From Octopus bimaculoides (lineage: Eukaryota), in contig NC_068998.1 in the NCBI RefSeq assembly GCF_001194135.2, forward strand, positions 15,403,234 through 15,467,233: DNA of 64,000 bases, read 5' to 3'. Under the pieces are notes generated by a model. That model was not told where the DNA came from, did no database searches, and worked only from the letters and a program-made list of their open reading frames with translations. Both the position numbers and the translations under genes were made by a program. This document shows, piece after piece, positions 1-12,757 of this stretch (position 1 is the stretch's first letter; each line of letters opens with the position of its first letter).

Positions 1-175
1 ATATACATCACGTCAACATACCAGCACAGTCTTCTCCCTTGCAAACCACATCTGATGCCTCTTATACCCAATTTCTCTCTCAACACATTTACACTTTGTT
101 GTACATGCACACTGGACATTGCACGGCCATCAGAGCATGAAAGCAAACACTAAAATTTGAATGAGAGATACTTAC

Positions 176-280
176 CAAATTTAAGCCCTCATGTAATTGG
201 TCTAACAAGAATGTGAGAAACTCTTGGGAATCATGCTGATCAAAACCAGCAAACATTGGTGCATATTTCCCTACAGTATT
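176..280 (-). CDS. USP8: USP8 exon 16 ([35 protein letters not shown])
   Basis: 105 nt, QHDSQEFL box, acceptor ttttgcag, donor gtaagt. Confidence 0.96.
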
Positions 281-3200
281 CTGCAAAATAGATAGTACAC
301 ATATAGTTGTGCACAAGCTTATATATTTACACACTAAGTAAAAATGTATTTGTGTATGAGAGATTCAAAAAATCCTAAACCAGCTAACAACTCAGGTCAG
401 TCAATCTTCTTACAATGTCTTATTTTCTTTACTGCCCACAAGGGGCTAAACATAGAGGGGACAAACAAGGACAGATAAAGGGATTAAGTCGATTACATCG
501 ACCACAGTGCGTAACTGGTACTTAATTTATCGACCCCGAAAGGATGAAAGGCAAAGTCGACCTCGGCGGAATTTGAACTCAGAACGTAACGGCAGGTGGA
601 ATTTGAACTCAGAACGTAACGGCAGGCGAAATACCGCTAAGCATTTTACCCGATGTGCTAACGATTCTGCCAGCTCACCGCCTTCGCAGTGGCAGTCTTC
701 TTACAATGTCTTGCCTCCCCCTCTCACTTTCCTCTCCTCAAATCGCTAACCTCCTTACCACAGCCTTCATGCATTTGCCCCATCCCACTGCATTTTATTA
801 CCTACACTCCATTCCAGTCTCCCTCTTCTTGAATTCCAGAATAGCTGGTCTACAATCCTACCGTTCACACTGTCAGCTGCCCAGACTACCACTGGTCCAA
901 GCAGCTGACAGTTCCTACTGCTCACCCCCCCCTCCCTGTCTATTAAATGTAAGTATCATGTAGCTCCTCTACAAAATGAAACTGCTCTCTCCCACCACTT
1001 TTCTCATATGTTGACCCTTTAGCTCCAAGCATAGAGCTTCAATATCATCATCATTGTCGTTTTGATCTTCACCTTTCCATGCTTGCATGTAATGGATGGA
1101 ATTTATTGTGGCACATTTTCCACAGCTGGATACCCTTCCTCACATCATCTCTCACCTGTTTCCAAGCAAAGTAATACTTCTCCCTAGCCAGACATGTTTA
1201 TGCAGGATATAGGAGATGAATGACACTGTTTGTATGGCAGCTGAATGAGGTATACCCAGACAATTGGACAGGGTTACTATTATATTGTACTATTTAGGAC
1301 AATGAATATACTCCCATCTTATAATAATTACATTTTTCTAATATTAAAAAAAAAACAAGTATTAAAAGCTATTTGTAACAAAATATCAAAAATAGTATTT
1401 ACACCAGCATATTAAAATAATGTAAATCTAGATACAGTATGTCTGAAAACAAGACTGGATGCTTACAGCTGGAATACCTTTAATCATAAACATGAGCTGA
1501 ACAACAGTAACTACAACTACTACTACTACTATTACTACTACTACTACTACTACTTCACAGTTTAACAAGTCAATGCAACATTACCTTGAAATCTCTTGGT
1601 GTAATACATTTATACTGTCCACTCCAAAGTGCCTTCACTATAACAGCAAATTCATCAACAACTTCCCCAGAATCTCCTAATACACTATTTCTGGAAGAAA
1701 AAAAAAAAAACAGAAAAGTAAGTTCAAATCACTTGGAATAAGATAAATATAAATATAATCTAGAGTAACATAGAAGATAAGCTCATTAATAAATGGAAGT
1801 TGAATATATATAATGAATAAATAGGAGTGAAATTTATTTTTTAACCTCATGGCTTGGGGTTTGATTACACTAGGGAGAAGCTTGGCAAAGTCTCCTCTAC
1901 TATGGCCCCAAGCTGACCATCAAGTCTTAACCCTTTAGCATTTAAACCGACTATATCCAGCCCAAAATATTCTCCCAGTTTTACATCCAAACCGACTGGA
2001 TCTAGCCTCTTGTGCCGATCTTACAATGTCATTCTAAAAGATAAACAATCACATCACTGAAAACAATGTGAATAAATAAATGTTATTACACTTGACAAAG
2101 TAATCTGAATGTTAACGGATTATATGTGTAAGTAGCTAAGCTGAGTTGTTGCTAATAGCATCATGATTTTTTGACAATTAGCATCATCTTTAGGAATGAA
2201 AATTTATTTTTACAATATTCACATCCACACTATATTTCAATTTAAGATCAAATCAACTGAAATGAAGTGCAATATATTCCCACTGGATGGCACCTTGAGC
2301 AAGTATCTTCAACAAAAGTCCTGGGACAACCAAAGCCTTGTGTATGGATTTGGTTGCTGGAACTGAAAGAAGCCTCCCTCTCTCTCTCTCTCTCTTTCTC
2401 TGCGTATAAGCATTTTATCTTATCTTACTTATCTTATACATATATAAAAGCAAGTTGTCTGTTTGTTTGTATGTTTGTGTCAAGTTGCCATCTACACCCA
2501 TTAACGAATTTTTGTGAAACTTTGCAAACATACTAAAGTAGCATCCAGTTTGTTACTAGGCTCATTGAAGTTGAAGTTTAATGAAAATCTATAATTGGAT
2601 GGCTAGGGCCCCTATATATATNNNNNNNNNNTTGTTTGTAAAGAATAAAAAGTTTAGAAAGGTATAACAATGCACTATAGAGACTCCAACAAATAAGATC
2701 TGAAGAAAGAATTCTAATTCCGAAATATCATCGGACTATAGATAACCAAGTTACAACAGGTATATAGTTCATTTTTTGTTCTATAGTGCATTGTTATACC
2801 TTTCTAAACTTTTTATTCTTTACACACATATATATATATATATATATATACACACACTCACACATGCAGGATATTGGAAATGGATGACACTGATTGTATA
2901 GCAGCGACTATCATCTACAACTGTCATGAGATGTCAAAAGAAGGAGATACAGCCTTACACACACACACATGTGCCTAGGATTATACTAGGAGACATTTGC
3001 TCAAGGTGCCACACAATGAAACTGAACCCCCAAACGATGTGGTTGGGAACTGAATTTCTTCACCACACAACTATATTTAATTCATTCTAGTATGGGAAAA
3101 TCGACAAAAAAACTAACAAAAAGATGCACACACACACACACACACACAAATACACACAAACTAGTGGAAAATCTGCACAGGTAGTTCAACGAGGGGAATA

Positions 3201-5686
3201 TTATTTTGGAATAACATTTGTAAAATATCTGATATATCTAAACTCAATACACACACACCTGGGTAGTTGGTTAATGTTTTTAGTACACTGCATGAATAAA
3301 ATATATTTTTCTTTCAAAGTCTACAAAGAGGGGTAATGCAAGAAGTGTAGTGTGCTATATCTGTGAGCACAACAAAATGCTAATTACAAAACTTTGGCTC
3401 CTAAATTTTGTATTAGTAGCATGTAATTTTTATCTCCAAAACCACTACCTGTGACAAATATATTAATCAAAACAAACTAACAAGAGGGCTCCTATGCAGG
3501 CGTCCAACTTGCTAGAAACAGTAACCAGGCATCTCTCAAATCAAACCCTACCATCTTGAAAAAAAAAAAAGAGGGATACATTGCACAATGTTGTCCATGG
3601 TATACAGAAAATGATGTGTTCACATCTGGAATACCCTTTTATCATAGATTTAGATTTTTTCCAACAGGGTCAAATAACAACAACAACTATATATTTAATT
3701 AATCCACAATTAGAATAGATTAGTATTTACATAAGAGTTAGTTATAGTTTTAGTTAGTTAATCCTTGTACAAGTCAAAACAAAGCCAGTGATTATTTCTG
3801 TTAATCTCATGAACATTACTGTACACTGCTTAAGAGCAAAGCTGGTAAACCATCAATGCTAGGTCCTAACAATCTCTAATTGCATGTCGTGGTGAACAGA
3901 ATTGTATCACAAAGGTTGGCATTCCTTATTAAAGACATGAAATACTTTAGTTCTGACCGGCTGCTAACAGAATAAAAACAGAAATACACCCAAGACTATA
4001 AGATTCTCACAGACAAAGAGCAAGCATGTATGTGATTGCTTGACCTGCTAGAAATAGCAGCGAAATTTCCTTGAGATCACACTTTATCTTCTTGAAAAAT
4101 CCTTTCTACTATAGATAGGCACAAGGCTTGAAATTTAGCAGGAGAGGGTAGTTGATTACATTGGTCCCGGTATTAGACTGAAACTTTATTACATCAAACT
4201 AAAAACAATGAAAGGCAAAGTTGACCTTGGCAGAATTTGAACTCAGAGTGTAAAGGCAAAAGAAATGCTGCTAAGCATTTTGTCATCATCATCATCGTCG
4301 TCGTTTAACGTCTGCTTTCCATGCTAGCATGAGTTGGACAATTTGACTGGGGACTGGCGAACCAGATGGCTACACCAGACTCCAATCTGATCTGGCAGAG
4401 TTTCTACAGCTGGGTGCCCTTCCTAATGCCAACCACTCCGAGAGTGTAGTGGGTGCTTTTTACGTGCCACCGGCACGAGGACCAGTCCGGCGGTACTGGC
4501 AACGGCCATGCTCAAATGGTGTTTTTTTAAGTGCCACCTGCACAGGAGTCAGTCCAATGTTTTGTTAACATGCCACCGGCACAAGTGCCAGTAAGGCAAA
4601 GCTGGAAACGATCGCGCTCAAAAGAACAAATTGGATAAATGTAGACCTAGATGCATTATGCCTGAATAAAAGACAGGAAAATCATGGCTATAAATTCTTT
4701 AATGAGGTCTATGTGATTAAGATTGACATAGAGGCTAAACAACAATAGCTATTATTCATTTGGAACAGTGTACACAATATGCACATCTGTGTAGTCCAAA
4801 TACAAAAAAAAAAAAACATTCTATTCACCTACCAGGCCTAGTTTATACTGAGCTGATCAAATATTGACCCAACATAAGTAATTCTTCCTCCATTTTCCCA
4901 CAAACACTTTCACCAGTCTTTGTTCTTTTGAATTTTTTAAAAACTTTCTACAACCTCAACTTAATTATATTCATTTCAGTTGCTTCCCGTCAAGTTAACT
5001 GTTTGTCACATTTCATTCACCCATTTTCAATTCACTACTGGATGAAGCTTCAGAATGCTGTTACCAGTTTATTGTCAATGCTGGTTGTATATCTACACGA
5101 GTTGGACTCTTTCTCTGTTTGTTTCTTCTTCCCACAACCAAATTCCTGTAGGCTCTTTTATGTTTTCTCTCCAACTACAAACCCAGAAGAATGCTAACAG
5201 AGTAAAACCACACCAACTTTACACGGCTATCTCAAGCAAAGTCTGAAGTGGGAGAATAAAAAGCTTTAGGGAGGTGCTATCATGTCCTATACATAATGTC
5301 AAATAGTTATAAAAAAAAAAACATTGGCATAATGAAAGAAAGAAGCTGACCTATTTACATGATCGAGGTATGAGTCTTGCAGAAAGTATCTGAGTAAAGC
5401 ATTTGTGTTATTTAAACATTGTATTATTGAGTTCATGTAGCAGGTATTACCAATATTCTTCAAACCTGTAAGTCCATGAGACTGAAAAAAAATTAAAATA
5501 GAAACAATTTTTTTAAAAATTAACAATTAGTCTCTTTTGACTTGTTTTCCAAACCCAAAATTGAAATAACGAAATGAATGTCTCAAAGTATCTAAACAAG
5601 GTAACTAGACTTATTGATCTATTTGTAAGAGGATTACTGATTTAAAGACTGTTGAGCATCTCTTTATCAAGTCTTTTCTCTCTCTC

Positions 5687-5723
<37 letters not shown>

Positions 5724-8700
5724 ATTTACTCTACTTGCTGTGTGAGCTAATGAGGGTTGTCTGACATGCAAGAAATGACAACCACATATATTTCATATTA
5801 CACTCTATTGTCTTTTAAAAAAAAAGAGGAAAGATGCATTGAATAATGTAGTCCAAGATGCATTGTGCGTGAATAAAAGAGATGACAATCACAGCTGAAA
5901 TATCAGACCAAGTCAGTGGTCTTCCCATTGGATAAACATTGGTGTCATGGAGAGGGGTGGTTTGCATGGCATGTAAAATTGCCAGTTTTCTGCTAATATT
6001 CTGGTCCAGGCTTGCACACATGTAGACTGATGGAGGTAACAATATATACTGAAATCTCAAGAGACCATTCATGTTATGAGATTTTGATGGCTATTTCAAC
6101 TTACATATGAATACTGTATTTTCCGATAAGTCAAATTTTTCAGACCAAAATTCACAGCCAAAAAAGACAGGTTGACTTATACACCAAATCTACTTTGGAG
6201 GCCAAAAATTCCATGTGAAATGCAACAGGATTTGGCTAAAGAATGGCGATGTTTGAATGCTTACACTACATGTTTACACCATAAATGACATCAGCTTGGT
6301 ATTAAAAAGGCTTTTAATATGGCATTATTTTGCTTGTGGAAAACAGAATGAATTCTAACTGCATGTAGGTAATTAATTATGTACAGTAGTAATGTACTTA
6401 GTAATGTACTTAGAAACCTATTTAAGATATAATATAGAGTTTCATTCTTTTTCGAGTTGAATCTTATTGCATGCATATGATTTGATAACATAATTTAAAT
6501 TGATAGAAAAACACTTACCACATTGCCAAACACTGGATTCAAGTTCCTGACTCGCACCTGATTGGGGTTCGGTTTACTGTGAAGAGCTACACGGTTTCCT
6601 CCAAAACTTGAATGCATAAAATAGAGAAATATGTCTTAGAGCAGCCAGCATCGAAATTCAACATCAAACAAAAATGAGAGTATAAGAGAGAGAGAGAAAA
6701 TAAAAAAAGAGATATACAAAAAAAAATGAGAGAGAGAGAGTGAATGTTAATCAGAAGAGAAATTTTAAATTGCAACAAAAACTTTATAATAAAACAGAAC
6801 AAATTAGGACCCTTACTTTGGTTTAGTGGATCGATCAACAATAGGTTTAGGTTTACTTTTCCCATCATTTTCAATAAGCTGTGAAATATCTGGGGATGAG
6901 TGTGAACGTTTTAAGCCAGTATTCGATAATGGTGATTCATCTTTCAACTTGACTTTGTAAACCATTTCTTTTGCTGCAATTACAGACAGAATAAAACAAC
7001 TGAACAATTGGCCATGAATAATTAAAATAAGTTAAGAGAAAATGAATAAAAAATAAACCTTAAAATTAATTAGATTTTAAAAAATAAACTTCTTCATTCT
7101 AACTTTTGAACACAATCAAAGTTTTAGTTTTACACAGTTGGTGAAATCTGCAGCAACTTGGGAAATGTAGTTAGAAATTCTTCAAGCTGTTCAGTTAAGA
7201 AAATAGTTTGCCTTCTACTTCATTTATATATCAACAGAAACATTTTTTTACTGCTTTCATGTAAAAATGGAATATTAATACATATTTATATCATCGGGCA
7301 GTATATTAAGGATACAGCATATGACTGGCCAGAACGTTACCATCGGTTTCACACCAAGTACTAAACAATACTGATGACTTCTGGCCAACTCTCTCTCTCT
7401 CTTTTTCTTTCTCTGTATGTGTTTGTAATTCAAAAATATTCTAAAATATATTGACTCTTCTTATCATATTTATCATTACACTTATTGCACAGCTTTTGGT
7501 GAACAAAGCATATAAGAAGCATATAGCAAACTTAGAAAGGTTGAGAGAGAAATTTTGTTGCTGGTACTTGGGAAAATCTTTGTTATTCTTGATTAAAAAC
7601 AAAACTAACTTTTATAAAGAATTTGTAGAGTTATCTTGATTATTGTAATGATAAAAGGCAAAGCAAACACCAGCACAATTTAATCTCTTAATACTGAAGC
7701 ACTATACTATACAAAGTAAAGTGATCACTTCAACACTATATAACATCAGCCATCTCCAGTAATATTCAGAGACATAAATAGTTTACTTTCCTTATTTAAA
7801 AAACTAGTTTGTTGGTCAGGTCTATAACAAATTAAATTAACCCCAGAACATAAATGAAACTTATTTTATTTGACTCAAAGAGATACAGATTAAAATCAGT
7901 CTTGTCTGGATTTAAGTTTATAATTTTAAAGCATGAAATTAAATAAGTGAAATTATTTAGATTAATGTTTTGTTGTTTCTGCCAACTTAACATCCTATTG
8001 TTTGGAGTAAATATTGTAAAAAAAAAAATTCAGTTTGTCTGTAATATAACAGTACATACATAATAGGAAGAGTAAATGTGAAAAAAATAAACTAAGACCA
8101 AGAAATATGAAGTATACTGACCTAGAGTTTCTGAACCTTGTCCTAAATTTATTTGTGGAGGGTTCCATTGGTTTTTACCTGAAGGAGGATGGATGTAGTA
8201 AAATCTGTTTGTAGTTGAGTCTAGGCGTTTCTCCCAGTTAAGAGGCAATGTTGGTGATGGAATTAATTTTGATTTACTACCTTCTGCACAAATAGAAATT
8301 TAGAAGTTTTCAATCAATAACTTGAGAAAATTCATTGTAAACAGCAACTTGTTCACATTTTAGCAATCAATTCAACACAGACAGGGTTCCAAAATAAAAG
8401 AGCTGGTCCATAAATCAATGATCTGTTCTTAATTATACAACATCACAATGTGAATCAGTGATCTGCTATCCCTAGGAATATGAGGGGGTGCTGAAAAGTT
8501 CTTGGCCTTAAGGGTATCACCAAAACCTAGTTGGAGGCCCAGCCTTCTGAGTTCTTTTACAGGGCTTAGAAAAACTGAAGGACCACTGCAATAAATGTGT
8601 GAATCTGAGAGGGGAACATGTTGTATAAAATCATAATTAACTGATCTTCCTGTATTTTCTTTTACCTAAAGCCAGGAACTTTTCAGCACCCCCTTGTATT

Positions 8701-11700
8701 CCTTGAGCACATGATGAAAAATACGAGCTGCATGAAAGTTAATGTTATAATACATTAAATATACAAAGATCACCACATTGCAAATAATACTTCACAATAT
8801 GTAGCATAGTCTACTACACAGGATATACCTGTTTGGCATTGATAATGCATTCAGTTAAAAATACTTGATTCTAAAATCCATAAGTATATATGGCAGAAAA
8901 GTGTATCCTGAATATATAAAATTATGACTTATACCTATGAAATATGATAATAAAATTATATCAGGATTAACAATTAAATCCATGTACCTCATATCAATAA
9001 GGATCTTGTTGTTGTTGGCACTCCGTCGCTTACGACGTCGAGGGTTCCAGTTGATCCGATCAACGGAACAGCCTGCTCGTGAAATTAATGTGCAAGTGGC
9101 TGAGCACTCCACCGACACGTGTTCCCTTAACGTAGTTCTCAGGGATATTCAGCGTGACACAGTGTGACAAGGCTGACCCTTTGAATTCCAGGCACAACAG
9201 AAACAGGAAGTAAGAGTGAGAGAAAGTTGTGGTGGAAGAGTACAGCAGGGTTCGCCACCATCCCCTGCCTGAGCCTTGTGGAGCTTTAGNNNNNNNNNNN
9301 NNNNNNNNNNNNNNNNNNNNNNNNNNNNNNNNNNNNNNNNNNNNNNNNNNNNNNNNNNNNNNNNNNNNNNNNNNNNNNNNNNNNNNNNNNNNNNNNNNNN
9401 NNNNNNNNNNNNNNNNNNNNNNNNNNGTTTTTGCTCAAAAAAACACTCACAACGCCTGGTCTGGGAATCGAAACCGCGATTCTATGACCGCGAGTCCGCT
9501 GTCCTAACCACTGGGCCATTGCACTTCTACATATAATAAGGATACAAAACAAAAAAAAAAGACAAATGAATAAATAAAAGTCACCCCACTCCCCATCAAC
9601 TTCTCTCTCTTTTATTGTACGAAAATAATAAATTTAGACTTACTATCTGACACAAGTAAATATGAACCAAATGAATTCATAAAAAAAAAAAAAACTTAAT
9701 TTGAAGTTTATCTTAGTTTACTGATATCAAGTCTGGGAACCACATTTACTTTCACTATAATCTAAGCTTTCTCTCAAGCAAAGTACAGTCCTTGTTTCTA
9801 CTGAAAGAGATCAGTACTGCTATTATTTTATTGCTCAACATTTCTGCAAATGTTAAACCATTTCCACAAATCGTTTGTCTATTATAATAAATTCAGTCAG
9901 CAAAAATTGTAGGTTTTCAGCAGAGTAAATCTTTCAGACCTTAACCCTTTAGCATTTAAACTGGTGATATCTGGGCCAAATGTTCTACCAGTTTTAAGTT
10001 CAAACTGACTAGATCCAGCCTCTTCCACCTATTCTAAACTGTCGCTCTAAAAATAAACAATCACATCGTCAAAATTTCAAAGCTATGAGATAATGGAATG
10101 ATTAATTCAAAACAATGTGAACAAATAAGGATTTCATTGAACAGAATAATCTGAATGCTAAAGGGTTAAACACAGGACTCACATACTCGATAAATGGAAC
10201 TTATCATACATTTCATTAAGATAAAATAAATGAAGAAACTAATGAAGAAGCTTTTATGTGGTTTTTCACCAGCTAAAAAAGAACAACCAAATTTCCTTCA
10301 AATCACATCTTACTCATAAAAATAAAAGACGCACTGAGTAATATCATCATCATCATCATCATGGCTACACCAGGCTCCAGTCTGATTTGGCAGAGTTTCT
10401 ACAGCTGGATGCCCTTCCTAACGCCAACCACTCAGAGAGTGTAGTGGGTGCTTTTATGTGCCACCGGCACGAAGGCCAGTCAGGCGGTACTGGCAACGGC
10501 CAATATAAATAATAAATTTGACATAAAGCTATTAATTGAAGAAAAAAAAACATTAAAAGCACAAATTAATTTAAAGAATATTTTGAGTAGCCTAAAATTA
10601 ATTTTTTTTTTTTTAAATGGGATGATCATGGATAGAATGCTTTTAATCATGGGTCTGCTGGTTCAAAACTGACCTGAGCATAAATAACAAAGCTAATGAA
10701 AGTAAAAAATAAAATAAAATAAAGAAGCCACTCCTATAGGCGTAGGAGTGGCTGTGTGGGAAGTAGCTTGCTTACCAACCACATGGTTCCGGGTTCAGTC
10801 CCACTGCATGGCACCTTGGGCAAGTGTCTTCTACTATAGCCTCAGGCCGACCAAAGCCTTGTGAGTGGATTTGGTAGACGGAAACTGAAAGAAGCCCGTC
10901 GTATATATGTATATGTATATATGTATGTGTGTGTATATGTTTGTGTGTCTGTGTTTGTCCCCACCCCACAACTTCGCTTGACAACTGATGCTGGTGTGTT
11001 TACGTCCCCGTAACATAGCAGTTCAGCAAAGGAGACCGATCAAATAAGTACTAGGCTTACAAAGAATAAGTCCTGGGGTCGACTTGCTTGACTAAAGGCA
11101 GTGCTCTAGCATGGCCACAGGCAAATGACTGAAGCAAGTAAAAGAGTAAAAGAGAGTAAGTAGTGGGAAAATAGATCTTACCTTTCATTCGTTTAACTTT
11201 TTCCTCAGCCTCCTTTAAGGCCTTTTGTTCCATTGAAAGTTTTTCAGGGGTTTCATTAAGATGCTGACCATTAACTTTGGCTTTAAGTAACACTGGAGAG
11301 CCTGATTCATCTTTATTTTTCTCTTTCTGAATTTGGTCAGTTTTAGCCTTCTCCACCTGGTATCTATCTTTCTTCATTGAATCACCGAGAATCTCTTTGT
11401 TACTTTTAATACTGCTTGGAGGTTTGCTGGGCAGTGGTTTGTTGTAAACCAGGTTGGCATAGGAAGGACCATCAGTCTTGTAATGTAAAAGTAAAAGAGT
11501 GACAAGATCTATTGGCAGCAGTTAAATTTACTTGATTAAATTCTTAGTTCTCTAATTTTTTTTTTAATGGACTTTGTAGAAAATTAATACTTAATGAAGG
11601 CTTGTCTGTGCATGTGTATGTACACATTTATGCATATGTTTATGCATCTATGCATGTATGTATCTGCAAGCACTTACTATGTTTATGCATATATTTTTTT

Positions 11701-12625
11701 GGAACTGGATCTTGAAGCATATACAGAGCTATATATCATAGCATGTAAATATTGCGTTGTAAAACCTTTTGGATAGAAAATGTCAAAGGCTGCCTGTGTG
11801 ACATAAACCCACATCTCCTGTCGATATGTATACATGGGAAGTTTCTCATAAGTTGTTAATACCAGAGTAAAAATTCAGGTGGAAACAAAATATAAAGGAA
11901 TTTGCTTTCAGGGGAAAAGGCAGATTTTATGACGCTTGTGTAAGAAGTGCATTGTTGTTGCATGGTAGCAAAAGAGGGACACCGAATGAGGGGGATGTGC
12001 AAGGACAAAAATGAAATCAAGTGAGTATGATCCATCAGATGTGTACGAAAAACAGACTGTGAATAGACTGAGAGAAAAACTGGGGAGAAGAGAAATCAGG
12101 TGTTGCGTGTAAAAAGGAAGACTACACTGGTGTGAACATGTGATGCACATGGAAGATGACAGTTCGGTTAAGAAGTGCTAAATGATCCAAATGGAATAAA
12201 ACCAGAAGAAGAATATTAAGGAAAATGTGAGGAAATCTGATCACTGCGTTGTTTTTATACGAGTCACTGGCACTGGCTATGATTACAATTCACTTAGCTT
12301 GATATGTCTTCTCAAGAACAGCAAATCACCAGAAGTCTCAGTCACCTGTCATTACTGCCATGGGGCACAACAACCAAAGATCATATTTCAACACCTTGTC
12401 CCACGTTTTCCTGGGGCTACCCCTTCCACAGGTTCCCTCCACAATTAGAGATGGACACTTCTTTACACAGCAGTCCTTATCCGTATGCATCACATGACCA
12501 TACCAGTATAGTCTTCTCTCTTGCACACTACGTTTGATGCCTCTTATACCCAATTTCTCTCTTAAAACACTTACACTCTGTCATACATGCAGAATGACAT
12601 TGCACATCCAGTGCAGCATGGTGGC

Positions 12626-12709
<84 letters not shown>

Positions 12710-12722
12710 CATATATATATGA

Positions 12723-12757
<35 letters not shown>

